Positions 1 through 11,437 are shown, counted from the first letter of the stretch. The stretch is 64,000 nt of DNA from Nitrosopumilus sp. (GCA_965223425.1 OZ245003.1:192001-256000), one strand, 5' to 3'. Made by a program: numbers and translations. Notes: a model not told the origin generated them from the letters alone.

Positions 1-1067
1 TGCTCTCAATCCAAATCAGTGAAGACCTAGCAAATGACGTTGAAAATATAGCTGACGGAATTTTTAGCCCTCTAGAAGGATTTTTGGGTAAAGAAGACTT
101 TGAAAGCGTTGTTTCACGGGGAAGACTATCAAATGGTTTGGCATGGACAATTCCAATTGTACTTGATGTTGATGAATCCACGGCATCTAAAATGAAAGAT
201 GCCGGTGATGCATTATTGCAAAATCCTCAAGGTCTTGGCGTTGCAGTGTTACACGTTGATGAGACTTTTTGTTTTGATAAAGAAAAGACCGCACAGGGAG
301 TCTATGGAACAACCGACTCGTCCCATCCAGGCGTTGCAAAGACAATGTCAATGAAGGATTATCTAGTTGGTGGTAAGATTGACTATATTCAAAGACCAGA
401 AGATTCAGAAATCAGAAAATATAGGCTTGCACCTAAACAAACTCGAGAAGCATTCGCACAAGCAGGATGGAAGACAATATGCGCATTCCAGACACGAAAT
501 CCTCCGCATGTTGCACATGAAATGCTACAAAAAACATCAATTACAACACGTGATGGGGTATTTGTCAATCCAATCATTGGAAAGAAAAAGTCTGGTGACT
601 TTGTTGATGATGTTATTGTAAAGTGCTATGAAACTATGATAAAGCTGTACTATCCAGAAAATAGATGCAAACTCGGAACATTGCACACCGAGATGAAGTA
701 TGCTGGTCCAAAAGAAGCAATACACCATGCAATCATGAGACAAAATTATGGATGCACGCATATCATTATTGGTAGAGATCATGCAGGTGTTGGAAAATTC
801 TATGATCCATTTGCGGCACAAAAAATATTTGATGATTATCCGGAGTTAGATATTTCTCCTGTATTTTTCCCAGCATTTTTCTATTGTAAACAGTGTCTTA
901 CGTATACGACTCCAAAAGCGTGTCCACATGATGATGATGCAAAAGAACAGATTAGCGGAACTAAACTTAGGGAGATGATTCAAAATGATCAAGCACCATC
1001 CGAATTTATCCTAAGACCAGAAGTTGCAAAAGTAATTTTAGACACTCCAAAACCTTTTGTTGACTAG
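1..1067 (+). CDS. sat: sulfate adenylyltransferase (5' end outside window)
   Basis: Frame open from position 3 ([27 protein letters not shown]...); motifs [11 protein letters not shown] and GRDHAGVG; CxxC...CxH zinc site. Confidence 0.95.
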   Translation, partial: LSIQISEDLANDVENIADGIFSPLEGFLGKEDFESVVSRGRLSNGLAWTIPIVLDVDESTASKMKDAGDALLQNPQGLGVAVLHVDETFCFDKEKTAQGVYGTTDSSHPGVAKTMSMKDYLVGGKIDYIQRPEDSEIRKYRLAPKQTREAFAQAGWKTICAFQTRNPPHVAHEMLQKTSITTRDGVFVNPIIGKKKSGDFVDDVIVKCYETMIKLYYPENRCKLGTLHTEMKYAGPKEAIHHAIMRQNYGCTHIIIGRDHAGVGKFYDPFAAQKIFDDYPELDISPVFFPAFFYCKQCLTYTTPKACPHDDDAKEQISGTKLREMIQNDQAPSEFILRPEVAKVILDTPKPFVD

Positions 1068-1097
1068 ATATTTATTAAATCAAATTTGCTTTAGCTT

Positions 1098-1766
1098 GTG
1101 AAATGCCTATTAACAATAGTTTTGTTTGCAGGATTTTTTGTCTCTCCTGCGTTTGCTCAAGATGCAATAAATCCCTCATTAATTATTGATACAATAGAAA
1201 TTCCTGCAGAAGAATTCAACAGAATCCTACGAGATGCGCCAATAGTAAAGCTTGATGATGCCCATGCTGTTAGCTGGCAAGTTACAATTGACAACAACCT
1301 GCTTTATGCAAATCCAAATGGCGATGCCGTCTTTAGGGTATATGATCAAGAATCCATTGACGAATTTATTGAAATTGGAATGGGTTCACAGCCTGATAAC
1401 AAATTTTGGGTTGCAGTTCAAACACCAAAGGAAGGATACATTGTAATTCACAGAGACTTTGATAGAGGCTGGTATCCCCAAGCAAAATCTATTGTTTCTT
1501 ACACTGACAGAGCTGGGCTAACTGTCAATAATGGTGCAAGAATTGTAGTTACCAATCTGGATATTGGCGTATTTGCAGTTGATTCCTATTCCACTCATGG
1601 GTTGGGAGCCTCTACTGATCCCCCGGCAGTAAATTCTGGAAGCATGATTGTAGAATTTTTATCAGGTGATCCCTCAAAGAACATCTATTCTCTATATCCG
1701 TTTTATATTGCCGCAGCTGTTGGTGCTCTGGTTGGAATATTATTTCTGACTAAGAAGCGTTCTTAG
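1098..1766 (+). CDS. secreted/membrane-anchored hypothetical protein
   Basis: Signal peptide ending SPAFA-Q; C-terminal TM helix followed by KKRS. Confidence 0.75.
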   Translation: MKCLLTIVLFAGFFVSPAFAQDAINPSLIIDTIEIPAEEFNRILRDAPIVKLDDAHAVSWQVTIDNNLLYANPNGDAVFRVYDQESIDEFIEIGMGSQPDNKFWVAVQTPKEGYIVIHRDFDRGWYPQAKSIVSYTDRAGLTVNNGARIVVTNLDIGVFAVDSYSTHGLGASTDPPAVNSGSMIVEFLSGDPSKNIYSLYPFYIAAAVGALVGILFLTKKRS

Positions 1767-2403
1767 TTTTGTAATATTTGCAATTTTTCCTAATCTTACA
1801 TACATCACACATTGGTGAAATTGGCTTGCAGATATTTTGACCATACATAACAAAAGTATCATTAATGTCAAGCCAAAATTCTTTCTTAATCTTCCTCATT
1901 AATTCTTGTTCGGTTTCTTCTGGATTTTTTGTATCTACTAATCCCAGTCTATTTGAGATTCTATGAACATGAATATCAACTGGGATTGCAGGTTTCTCAA
2001 ACGCATAAACCAAAACACAATTAGCAGTTTTTCTACCAACGCCTGGTAGCTGGACTAGGGTTTCTAAATCACACGGGACTTTGCCTTTGTATTTTGAATC
2101 AATTATCTTTGCAACTTCGATAATCCTTTTCGATTTTACATGATAAAACCCAATTGATTTTATTATTTTCTCTATGTCTTTTAGTTTGGCATTTGCAAGC
2201 TGTTTTGGATTTTTATATTTTGAAAATAACACCTTGACTACTTTGGTTGTACTTTCATCTTTGGTTCTTGCAGAAAGTATGGTTCCAATAAGAATGCTAA
2301 ATGGGCCTCCTGTCTCAGCTTCATGAAGCTCTCTTAGTGCTGTCATCCTGGGTGGTTTTATAGAATTCATAGTATCCATCATTCCGCGAAGAATTTTTTT
2401 CAT
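1750..2403 (-). CDS. nth: endonuclease III
   Basis: HhH motif LPGVGRKTA, VDIHV, Fe-S motif C-x6-C-x2-C-x5-C; start placed at MKKILRG. Confidence 0.93.
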   Translation of the reverse strand: MKKILRGMMDTMNSIKPPRMTALRELHEAETGGPFSILIGTILSARTKDESTTKVVKVLFSKYKNPKQLANAKLKDIEKIIKSIGFYHVKSKRIIEVAKIIDSKYKGKVPCDLETLVQLPGVGRKTANCVLVYAFEKPAIPVDIHVHRISNRLGLVDTKNPEETEQELMRKIKKEFWLDINDTFVMYGQNICKPISPMCDVCKIRKNCKYYKTKNAS

Positions 2404-2458
2404 TTCCATCTGAAAAACTGCGTACAAGTATTATAACTGTAATAACCAAGGATTCTCA

Positions 2459-3613
2459 TTGGATCTAACAAGAGAAGAAGAATCTGCACTAAAGGGGGAT
2501 CAGGGAGAAACCATGGAGATGGCATACAGAATTCTAGTTGCAACAGGCCAAGCAACTGATGCTGAGAGACTGGTGCCCATAGAATGGGCTCATCTTTCTG
2601 GTGTAAACTATAATACTATTGGAGATGCAGGCGAAGAGTTTCTTTCTGGCCTTAGTAAAAATGCTCGAGTTAAAGTCAAAACAACCCTTAATCCAATGGG
2701 GTTTGATGCTGATAATGTGTCAAATTATGGATTGGATGAAAATTTTATCTCAAAACAGCTGTCGATTAGAAATTCATATGAAACCATGGGAGTTACTCCT
2801 TCATTTTCATGCATTCCTTACGAAATTTTTGATATTCCAAAAGATGGAACACAGGTTGCATTTGCCGAAAGTAATGCAGCTATTCACGCAAATTCGTATG
2901 ACAGTCTAAAGACAAACAAAGAAAGTTCGTTTAGTGCACTAGCTAGTGCAATTACTGGAAAAAGTCCCTACTCTTCATTGCGAAAGGAAGACACTCCAAA
3001 CGTAACTATTAGAATGAAGGTAAAAAATCCAAACGAACTGACATATGGAATGCTTGGATTTTTTGCTGGAAAAGTTGGCGACACTTCTGTAAACATCTCG
3101 GGTCTTGCAGAGATGGATAGACGGCAATGCAAAGCTATGTGTGGAGGAATGGGAACATCTGGTACCTGCGCAAAATTTCTTTTTGGAGAAGGGGATTCTG
3201 ACTGTGAAAAAGTAGATTTTGATGACAAAGAAATGCAAACTGTTCATGACGAACTAAATACTGCTGAGAAAGGCGATTTGATTACGCTTGGCAGCCCTCA
3301 ATTGGGGTTAGAAGAGATCTCTGATCTCGCTGGTAAACTAAAGGGCCGTTCTTTCAAAAAGAGATGTATGGTATTCTGCCCTAGAACCGTAAAAGAACAA
3401 GCAAGAAGAATTGGATATGCAAATGAACTTGAACATGCAGGCTGCGAAATTCTCTCTGATTGCTGTGCGTGTCTAACTCCTTTGATAGACAAAGGTGACG
3501 TTGATGCAGTAACCACAAACAGCATCAAGGGCGCATTTTATCTTAAAAATTCTAATGGTGTAGACGTAAATCTAAAATCACTGTCACAAATTGTTGAAGA
3601 CGAGACAAAATGA
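2459..3613 (+). CDS. aconitase X catalytic subunit (phosphomevalonate dehydratase large subunit)
   Basis: AHLSGVNY, TTLNPMG, SCIPY, ESNA, LGSPQ, TTNS motifs; overlaps the swivel-domain gene. Confidence 0.85.
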   Translation: MDLTREEESALKGDQGETMEMAYRILVATGQATDAERLVPIEWAHLSGVNYNTIGDAGEEFLSGLSKNARVKVKTTLNPMGFDADNVSNYGLDENFISKQLSIRNSYETMGVTPSFSCIPYEIFDIPKDGTQVAFAESNAAIHANSYDSLKTNKESSFSALASAITGKSPYSSLRKEDTPNVTIRMKVKNPNELTYGMLGFFAGKVGDTSVNISGLAEMDRRQCKAMCGGMGTSGTCAKFLFGEGDSDCEKVDFDDKEMQTVHDELNTAEKGDLITLGSPQLGLEEISDLAGKLKGRSFKKRCMVFCPRTVKEQARRIGYANELEHAGCEILSDCCACLTPLIDKGDVDAVTTNSIKGAFYLKNSNGVDVNLKSLSQIVEDETK

Positions 3614-3996
3614 AAAAAATTCTGGTTTCAGGAAAAGTTGAAGGAATTGTTTTAAAATCAAATAAACCGATTAATTTTCTAGGCACAGTGGATAAAAAAA
3701 CTGGAATTATCAGCGACAAGAACCATGATTTGTTTGAAAAACCCATCAAAGACGTAATTCTTGTATTTCCTTCAGGTGTTGGTAGCAGCGTTGGCGCATA
3801 TACAATTTATTCAATCAAATCAAACAATGTTGCGCCTCTTGCAATGATCTGCCAAAAAGCCGATCTTACAGTAGCCACCGGATGTGCATTAGCAAATATT
3901 CCGTTAGTTACAGTTACTGATGAAGAATTCTCCTCTATTGATAATGGAATGAAACTTTCACTTGATACAGGCTTGTCTGACCCAATTATTCAGTAA
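3610..3996 (+). CDS. aconitase X swivel subunit (DUF126; phosphomevalonate dehydratase small subunit)
   Basis: PINFLGTVDKKTG and FPSGVGSSVG motifs. Confidence 0.85.
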   Translation: MKKILVSGKVEGIVLKSNKPINFLGTVDKKTGIISDKNHDLFEKPIKDVILVFPSGVGSSVGAYTIYSIKSNNVAPLAMICQKADLTVATGCALANIPLVTVTDEEFSSIDNGMKLSLDTGLSDPIIQ

Positions 3997-5920
3997 ACTC
4001 TTCCTTTTGCGCATCTCCGAGACCTATCTCTTTAATCTGACTTTTTCCAGCAGGTAAAACACGAACAAAATCATCAATACTAATTTTTTTTGTAATCTCT
4101 TCTTCTAATCTGGAAAATTCAATTCTGATTTTCTTGGCAGCATCAACCATCTCTAAACCATGTGGTTCAATTACTGCAAAACAGATGGAATTTTTCTTTA
4201 TTGTTTTTGGCGGACCGCATGTCAAAGCGTATCCGCCTTCTTGAGAAATTATTCCTACGGATAATCTAAGAGTTTCTGATTTGATAAAATTTCTTTGTCC
4301 ATGAATTGTAAAAGATCCCTTTGGCAAAAATTCTCCACTAGGTGCTGATTTCTTCACTTGATCAGGATTTACCCAGTATGCGCTGACTCCATACATTCCT
4401 TCTCTCCATGCGCGACTAAAACAAACCGTAGCATGTGCAACCTCATTCATACTTCCATCAGGCGCATTTTGCGCGTCTTTTAAAATAAAAAATGGCGATC
4501 CAAAGATATCGCCATGAAATATCTTGTCATTTTTTCCTAAATGCTTTCTAACCACTGCTGAATTTGACGCTGCGTCTCTTCCGCCAATTGTAAGCAAACC
4601 ATCAGATGTGTGGAACCATCTGTATCTCTCATACCAGTTTTTCTTTCTTATTTCTGAAACCAGTATTGCGTCTTTTTCAGACTCGGTTTTGTTTTGTACT
4701 TTTTCTAGCTTTTTTTCTGTTTTTGACTTGATCTCCTCGATTGAACCTATTGCACTTGATTGTTTTTTTGCTTTATCAAATAGTACGGATGCGATTGACT
4801 GGAGGGAGGCTTTGGTGTTTATCTTTATTTTTTCGTCTTGAATAGCAATGAGTGAAATTCCCTTTTCGTTAACCAGTCTTGTGCTCTGCTTTGTCAAAAT
4901 TTCCTGTGCAGAGGCATCTTCGATTGACGTAATTCCTTTTGAAGCCATCTCAAAAAGAGAATTTGCAACAGCTGTAATGCTTTTTGATTTTTCTTTTACT
5001 GTCTCAATTGCTTTTTCTTGTTCAGAAATTTGTGTTTGTAGCTCTTTGATTTTTTTATCTGAACTGCCTGATTGAATTAATCTCCCTTTCTCCACTAAAC
5101 TTCCTGTAAAGACTGTATCCAACCCTTTGATGAAGCTATCTGCTTTTGTTATCTCTCCTTTTGGCTCTCCTAGCGGTATTGGAAGAACTTCAGTTTTTTC
5201 ATCTCTTACTATCACTGCTTCATGCTTTCCCGTTATGACATCTGCAACAATCTTTTTTGTGGTATCAAAAAGATTTCTTGTTTCCTCGTTGGTTAATTGA
5301 CTTCCAATTTTCTTTGAATCAATGCTTGCAATTTCAAAAATACCTTCGACATATTTTTTTGGGAGACCCAAAGTCCGTCCCACCCATTTTGCAGAAACTA
5401 GATCTGTTGTTTTAAGATCTTCAAAATCTGATTCTGATATATTAAAAATATCTAATCCGCTCTCTGGAGGTTGTGCGTATTCTAATCCGACACTTAGCTT
5501 TCTATGTCTCACGTCTATGGAGTGTTGTAATGCAAGAATCTTCATGTCGTTGTTACATAGTAAAATATTGCCATCTCCAAAAAACTCACCTACTAAAACA
5601 AACTCTTTTCCAAATCCTTCAAAGGTAAAATATGCGATTCTCTCCGCACCAATCTGTTCAATTTTTTTTAACTTTAACCTGAGAAGATCACTTCGTAACC
5701 TCTTGAGTAGTCTGTTTGGTTCCATTTGATCAATTTTTACTGAAGTAAGCCAAACACCGGATGTTGATATCATCATAAAGAGATCGCTTTTTTCAGTATG
5801 ATGAAGCTTGAAGAGAACACTGTCTTTTGTAATCCCATAGATGTTGCTAACATAGTAGTCTTGAACTTGTTTTGATATTTGGTCTACCAAATACCGTAAT
5901 TCAATTCCCGCTAGAGTCAT
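3986..5920 (-). CDS. rqcH: ribosome quality control protein RqcH/NEMF (NFACT)
   Basis: EFFGDGNILL, coiled coil, WYERYRWF, GGRDAASN, VKKSAPSGEFLPKGSF. Confidence 0.9.
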   Translation of the reverse strand: MTLAGIELRYLVDQISKQVQDYYVSNIYGITKDSVLFKLHHTEKSDLFMMISTSGVWLTSVKIDQMEPNRLLKRLRSDLLRLKLKKIEQIGAERIAYFTFEGFGKEFVLVGEFFGDGNILLCNNDMKILALQHSIDVRHRKLSVGLEYAQPPESGLDIFNISESDFEDLKTTDLVSAKWVGRTLGLPKKYVEGIFEIASIDSKKIGSQLTNEETRNLFDTTKKIVADVITGKHEAVIVRDEKTEVLPIPLGEPKGEITKADSFIKGLDTVFTGSLVEKGRLIQSGSSDKKIKELQTQISEQEKAIETVKEKSKSITAVANSLFEMASKGITSIEDASAQEILTKQSTRLVNEKGISLIAIQDEKIKINTKASLQSIASVLFDKAKKQSSAIGSIEEIKSKTEKKLEKVQNKTESEKDAILVSEIRKKNWYERYRWFHTSDGLLTIGGRDAASNSAVVRKHLGKNDKIFHGDIFGSPFFILKDAQNAPDGSMNEVAHATVCFSRAWREGMYGVSAYWVNPDQVKKSAPSGEFLPKGSFTIHGQRNFIKSETLRLSVGIISQEGGYALTCGPPKTIKKNSICFAVIEPHGLEMVDAAKKIRIEFSRLEEEITKKISIDDFVRVLPAGKSQIKEIGLGDAQKEEFTE

Positions 5921-6022
5921 AACACTGTATTTTGTGTCTAAAATTATACTCTTGCTATCATGTGCTTAGTCCCTGACCAAAGATATTAAACATGGTTTGC
6001 TTGAGACACGCTAGAAATTTAC

Positions 6023-6511
6023 TTGGCAAAATTCAAAAAGAAAAAATCTAAACCTACCCCTGAATCAGACGGTTCAAAAACGGAATTGGTAAAAGAAGAA
6101 TCTATTGAGACCCCTGAAACAGAAAAAACTGAACCTGTACCTGAAACGCCCTCCTCTGATCCAGATGTTAGTGAAGCTGATAAAAGTGAAAAAGATAGAA
6201 AGCTAAACAAATTATTTTGGATGCGAGTGAGTTTAGCCATCATAGCTGGTACTGCAGCAACTTTCATCTTTGAAGACATAGAAGGTGAAGATAGAAGATG
6301 GGCATCAATTGGATTTATGATAATAATATTTTTTGGAACAATCATAGTTGCAAAGGGAATGAAAATGCAGTTGCCATCCTCAGATAGAAAGAAACTTGTT
6401 ACACAGGGAATTGGAAGTTATGTCTTTCTGTACCTGTTCATTTGGATTTTAACATATACACTGGTTAATTCAGGAAATGTCTCAACTGGAATACCGACAC
6501 CATTCTCTTAA
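6023..6511 (+). CDS. hypothetical membrane protein
   Basis: Acidic low-complexity N-terminus followed by about three TM helices. Confidence 0.7.
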   Translation: MAKFKKKKSKPTPESDGSKTELVKEESIETPETEKTEPVPETPSSDPDVSEADKSEKDRKLNKLFWMRVSLAIIAGTAATFIFEDIEGEDRRWASIGFMIIIFFGTIIVAKGMKMQLPSSDRKKLVTQGIGSYVFLYLFIWILTYTLVNSGNVSTGIPTPFS

Positions 6512-6533
6512 TTCTAATCAGGTACGATTGTAA

Positions 6534-7124
6534 ATGTGGAATTATAAAACTCCGGGAATTCCTGATGAATATTTTGAACGGACAGAAAATGTCCCAATTA
6601 CAAAAGAGGAAGTAAGAGTTATTCAAATTAGTAAAGCAAGACTGAAGCCAGGACAAACTGTTTATGATATTGGATGTGGAAGCGGTTCAATTTCAATCGA
6701 GGCAGCATTCCAAGTCGAATCATCTGGTAAAGTTTTGGCAGTTGATTATGATGAACATGCTATAGAATTAACTAAAAAGAATCTATACAAGTTTGATCTT
6801 TCAAACGTTTCTGTAATTTCTGGTAATGCTAAAGAAAAGATATCAGAACTTGAAGAAGCAGATGCGATATTCATTGGAGGAACCGGTGGTGATACTAGGG
6901 AAATAGTTGAGCTTTCTCAGAACAAGCTAAAATCTGGAGGCAGGATTGTAATTGGCATAATACTAATTGAAACACTTTATTCAGTATTGCAAATTCTAGA
7001 TAAATTACAGTTCGAGTCAGTTGACATCACTCAAGTAACCATCTCTAAGAGTAGAAAGACTAGCACAGGAACTATGATGCTTGCAAGAAATCCAGTAACT
7101 ATCATTTCTGCCACTAGAGTCTAA
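6534..7124 (+). CDS. cbiT: cobalt-precorrin-6B C15-methyltransferase (decarboxylating)
   Basis: PITKEEVR, DIGCGSGS, ARNPV. Confidence 0.92.
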   Translation: MWNYKTPGIPDEYFERTENVPITKEEVRVIQISKARLKPGQTVYDIGCGSGSISIEAAFQVESSGKVLAVDYDEHAIELTKKNLYKFDLSNVSVISGNAKEKISELEEADAIFIGGTGGDTREIVELSQNKLKSGGRIVIGIILIETLYSVLQILDKLQFESVDITQVTISKSRKTSTGTMMLARNPVTIISATRV

Positions 7125-7160
7125 TCTAGATTTTTAATTGGGAATAAATTCATATTTTTC

Positions 7161-7883
7161 ATGCCTGGCTTGATTGGAATTGGAGTAGGTCCTGGGGATC
7201 CAGATCTGCTTACAGTCAAGGCTGTAAAAGCAATTCAAAATGCAGACATCATTATGTGCCCTGCTTCCAAAGAAGACAGACCTAGCATTGCATTATCAGT
7301 CGTATCATCCTTGATTGATAAATCAAAAAATCAGGATATTGTAAAACTAATCTTTCCAATGACAAAAGACAAAGATATTCTAGAACAAACATGGAAGAGA
7401 AACGCAAAGATAATGGCTGAAAAAGTTTTATCAGGAAAAAATGTTGTCTATCTTACCATAGGTGATCCTTATTTGTATAGTACATGGATCTATATGCACA
7501 AAGATCTTGTAGAAAATTATCCAGACATGGAAATTAATGTAATTCCAGGAATTGTTTCCATGTTTACGTTTGCTTCAAAAGTTGGTGTAAGTATTGCCGA
7601 GGGTGCAGAAAAAGTGGCAATCATTCCCTCATGCTACGATCTATCCAGTGTTAAAGAGATTGCAAAAAATTCCGAAACGATGGTCTTTCTTAAAGATGGA
7701 AGATATTTTGACAAAGTTATTGATGTCTTAAAGGAATCTGGATTTCCTGATGACTCTATTTTTGCCATTGGTCAAGATCTTGGAACAGAAAATGAAATTA
7801 TTCGAAAATTAACTTTGGGTGAGGCAAATGATGGAACATTAACTACAAAATATTTCTCAATCTTGGTGGTCAAACGTGTCTGA
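7161..7883 (+). CDS. cbiL: precorrin-2 C20-methyltransferase
   Basis: GIGVGPGDPDLLT, FPMTKD, TIGDPYLYST, FLKDG. Confidence 0.9.
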   Translation: MPGLIGIGVGPGDPDLLTVKAVKAIQNADIIMCPASKEDRPSIALSVVSSLIDKSKNQDIVKLIFPMTKDKDILEQTWKRNAKIMAEKVLSGKNVVYLTIGDPYLYSTWIYMHKDLVENYPDMEINVIPGIVSMFTFASKVGVSIAEGAEKVAIIPSCYDLSSVKEIAKNSETMVFLKDGRYFDKVIDVLKESGFPDDSIFAIGQDLGTENEIIRKLTLGEANDGTLTTKYFSILVVKRV

Positions 7884-8649
7884 CGTATTCTTTGTTGGAT
7901 GCGGTCCTGGAGATCCTGAATTAATTACAATTAAAGCTAAAAAATTAATTCAAAAAGCAGATGTTGTAGTTTATTCCGGTTCTTTAATTCCCAAACCAAT
8001 TTTGAAGCTTTGTAAAAAAGGAAAACTTTATGACGCTGCAAAATTAGTTAGAGAGGAAATCTTTGATTTGCTGTACAAGAATGCAAAAAAAGACAAGCTA
8101 GTGGTAAGACTACATGATGGTGATCCATCAATTTATGGTGCCATCAAAGAACAGATTGATAATCTTGAGAAAAAAGGAATCAAATCTACTGTTGTTCCTG
8201 GAATTACGGCATTTTTGGCATCAGCTGCTGCACTTGGGACACAGTTAACATTGCCCGGTGTTACTCAAACGATTATTGTAACTAGAGCAGAATCCCGCAC
8301 TAAGGTTCCAAAGAGAGAGAAAATTTCTGAACTTGCAAAACACAGGGCAACACTAATCTTCTATCTTAGCATACATCTGCTTTCAAAATTAGTTACAGAA
8401 TCAATTGCAGGCGGATACAAAAAATCAACGCCGGTGGCCGTAGTTTATCGGGCCAGTTGGAAAGACCAAAAAATTATCAAGGGGACACTTGGTGATATTG
8501 CAAAAAAAATCAAGGATGAAAGAATTACTAGAACTGCTATTGTCATTATTAGTGATGTTATCCAACCAAAAACATATGAATATTCCAAATTATACGACAA
8601 AAACTTTAGTCATGGTTATAGAAAAATAAAAAAAGAAAAAATAAACTAG
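7876..8649 (+). CDS. cbiF: precorrin-4 C11-methyltransferase
   Basis: GCGPGDPELIT, RLHDGDPSIYGAIKEQ, YSKLYDKNFSH. Confidence 0.92.
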   Translation: MSDVFFVGCGPGDPELITIKAKKLIQKADVVVYSGSLIPKPILKLCKKGKLYDAAKLVREEIFDLLYKNAKKDKLVVRLHDGDPSIYGAIKEQIDNLEKKGIKSTVVPGITAFLASAAALGTQLTLPGVTQTIIVTRAESRTKVPKREKISELAKHRATLIFYLSIHLLSKLVTESIAGGYKKSTPVAVVYRASWKDQKIIKGTLGDIAKKIKDERITRTAIVIISDVIQPKTYEYSKLYDKNFSHGYRKIKKEKIN

Positions 8650-8699
8650 TTTTTTTAATTGACCTGTATCTGATTGACCTGACATGTGGTTGTATTGTC

Positions 8700-9041
8700 A
8701 TTATCTTTCAAAATATTGATGTGCGTGGACGTGACTTAGCTTAGTTTGGCGTCATTATTGTAATCCCCGTAATCACATTTGCAGCAGACCTGCTAGACAT
8801 TAACGAATCTCTGACTGTAACGTTTGGATATTATTATGGAGTTCTTCTGCATCTTTTGATTCTGGCCGCTATCAGCCTTGCAATAATTATGCCAATCAGG
8901 TTTTCAGTCAAGTGTGTCAATTATCTGATTCACAAAAGGGCAAAACATGACATTGTGTTTGACGTCTCAAATGAATCCAAGCTGCATATTGGCGGCCATT
9001 TGATACTCGATGTGATGTTATCTGACACAAACAAAGTTTAG
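8700..9041 (+). pseudogene. degraded membrane-protein gene remnant
   Basis: Hydrophobic reading frame (FGVIIVIPVITFAADLL...) open upstream of the 8856 ORF but cut by a TAG near 8742. Confidence 0.35.
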
Positions 9042-9286
9042 TTACAATTGCCAGTCCAAGTCATGGGAATTGGTATCTGCTGACAAATCCGTCCCAGAAC
9101 TTAATCTCCCAATCTTATTCACTTTTCTTGCCCCTTTGATGATTGTATCTGTTATAATGGCCAAATTTACTTGTGTATAAGACCAGATATTTTTGAAATT
9201 AAAGAATTCAAAATAAGCAATTTAGGCCCTATAATCTAGAAAATTTATTAAAAAATTAATAACTGCTAATTTTTCCATCTAATCAA

Positions 9287-10453
9287 ATGACTCTTGAGCC
9301 TAGGAATGACAACCCACAAATTTCAATTATTATTCCTACCTATAACGAATCACAGAACATACTAAATGTACTAAAATCTATTGGGGATATCATTCCAAAA
9401 AGTAGCTTCACTGAAGCAATAGTAGTTGATGATAATTCTCCTGATGGTACAGGCAAGATCGTTGAAGATTACTTGAAAAATGTTAAAAAAATTGCAGGCT
9501 ATACAATAGATATTGTTCATAGAACAACTAAAAATGGACTAAGTTCAGCAATACTAAGTGGAATACAACGTGCAACCGGTGATACTATTGTTGTAATGGA
9601 CAGTGATCTTTCCCATCCACCACAAATTATCCCAAAAATGATTGATGCATTAAAGAAGTATCAATGTGATATGGTAGTGGCATCTAGGTACATTACCGGT
9701 GGTCAAATAAATGGATGGAATAAGAAACGTAAATTACTAAGTAAAATTGCAACTTTGATTGCAAAAAAAGGTCTTGGTGTTAAAACAAATGATCCAATGT
9801 CGGGATTTTTTGCATTTAGAAAGGGAATACTAAAAGGATTAAATTTTGACGCAATAGGCTTCAAAATACTTTTAGAGATTTTAGTTAAGAAAAGAGGGCT
9901 TAGTGTTAAAGAAATACCTTACACATTTCAAAACAGAACATTTGGTTCAAGCAAATTAGATTTTTCTACAATACTTGATTATTTTAAATCTGTCTGGAAG
10001 TTATACCGTTTTGGAAAGTCTAAGGAACATGCAGAAAAAAGAAATTCCGTAAAGTTTTTCTCAAAAGCAGGTAGGTTTTATACAGTTGGTGCAATAGGAT
10101 TTGCAATCAATTATCTCATATCATTGATGTTCTCAGGCGGCATCGCAGAAATTTGGTATCTGCATGCAAATATCCTAGGAATTACTGCTTCAATGACATC
10201 AAACTTTGTTTTAAACAAATGGTGGACATTTGGCGATAGAAACTTTTCATTCAAAAAAACACTTTCACAGTATTCAAAATTCATTATGTTTAGTTCATTT
10301 GGCGCACTGATTCAACTTGGCGTTGTGTTTTCATTAGTTGATAATTATAACTGGATATACACAACAGCACTTGGCGTTGGCGTTTTAACTGGAGCATTCA
10401 GTAATTTCATTTTAAATAAAAAATGGACCTTTAAAGAAAAACTTTGGCAATAA
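9287..10453 (+). CDS. GT2 dolichol-phosphate hexosyltransferase fused to a GtrA-like membrane domain
   Basis: IIPTYNE, VDDNSPDGT, MDSDLSH, DPMSGFF; C-terminal 4-TM GtrA domain with NFVLNKWWTF. Confidence 0.88.
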   Translation: MTLEPRNDNPQISIIIPTYNESQNILNVLKSIGDIIPKSSFTEAIVVDDNSPDGTGKIVEDYLKNVKKIAGYTIDIVHRTTKNGLSSAILSGIQRATGDTIVVMDSDLSHPPQIIPKMIDALKKYQCDMVVASRYITGGQINGWNKKRKLLSKIATLIAKKGLGVKTNDPMSGFFAFRKGILKGLNFDAIGFKILLEILVKKRGLSVKEIPYTFQNRTFGSSKLDFSTILDYFKSVWKLYRFGKSKEHAEKRNSVKFFSKAGRFYTVGAIGFAINYLISLMFSGGIAEIWYLHANILGITASMTSNFVLNKWWTFGDRNFSFKKTLSQYSKFIMFSSFGALIQLGVVFSLVDNYNWIYTTALGVGVLTGAFSNFILNKKWTFKEKLWQ

Positions 10454-10635
10454 GCTGCAAAAAAAAATATCTGTTATTGTTACTGCATTCGATATTGCTT
10501 TAATCAGGCTAACACAAATGAAATGAACACTGCAGTCAGGAAAACGATGAAAATTCAGCAAAATTTTTCAATTTTAATATATATTCTAAAAATTATGATT
10601 TGACTGAACCCTACTAAGAACCTTAAAAGAACTTT

Positions 10636-10647
10636 AAAAAAAAAAAA
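10636..10647 (-). terminator. oligo-T terminator candidate downstream of cdvB
   Basis: A12 run on the + strand, i.e. a T tract about 30-45 nt after the cdvB stop codon. Confidence 0.4.
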
Positions 10648-10679
10648 TTAAAAACAACGAACTATTCGTCTTTCCCACT

Positions 10680-11330
10680 TTACTCGAAAGTAGAAGTAGA
10701 GCTTTGAGACGAAAGTCCTGTTGATGATGGAACAGATGGGAATTTATCTCCTATCTGTTGCTCAGCTACTGCAGATGCCTCTTGTAGAATCTTTTCAGTT
10801 TCTTCGCTTGAAACGTCAGATTCCATACTAAATGAATCCCCTGCAAGAGAGTCCACCATTAGTCCATTAAGCGTCTGAGTCATTGTATTCAACTCCGAGT
10901 CTGCTTCTGGCATGAATCTTCCCAGTGATGACTTTAATCCCTTCATTGTAGACATCGCCGGTCCAATTGCTACCATTGCATCGCCAAGATCATGAATAGT
11001 TGTCAGTCTAAGTTGGACTTGTTCTAATGACATTCTTGCGTTACCGAGCATCTTTGTAACTTTACGAATTTCAGCTAATTCGTTAGACAAAACTCTACTT
11101 GTGCTAGTATCATGTTGTTGCATTGCTGTTACGACTCGTTGAAAGAGTTGGGCGTCCCTTTCGTGCAGTTTTGTTAACATAGAATCCATTTTAGATATTT
11201 GGATCTGTAGTTTGTTAACTGCAGTCTGAATTCGTGGTTTTAATGCGCCTTGAGGCTTTACTGCTTCACGGAGTTTGCCAGTTACACTTTGGGTCTCTTG
11301 TCGAGCCCAAGTTTTATCGAAGTTTGGCAT
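10680..11330 (-). CDS. cdvB: ESCRT-III/Snf7 family cell division protein (CdvB paralog)
   Basis: Helical hairpin, SRVLSNELAEIRK, LEQVQLRLTTIHDLGD, EETEKILQEAS. Confidence 0.85.
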   Translation of the reverse strand: MPNFDKTWARQETQSVTGKLREAVKPQGALKPRIQTAVNKLQIQISKMDSMLTKLHERDAQLFQRVVTAMQQHDTSTSRVLSNELAEIRKVTKMLGNARMSLEQVQLRLTTIHDLGDAMVAIGPAMSTMKGLKSSLGRFMPEADSELNTMTQTLNGLMVDSLAGDSFSMESDVSSEETEKILQEASAVAEQQIGDKFPSVPSSTGLSSQSSTSTFE

Positions 11331-11437
11331 GGTTGGTGTTAAGAAATTCACTCTTAATCAGAGGTGTGTATTTAGATCAACTTTAGGCTAAATTTAGCTA
11401 ACAAAATCTAAATCACCTTCAACATATTGATTGCTTT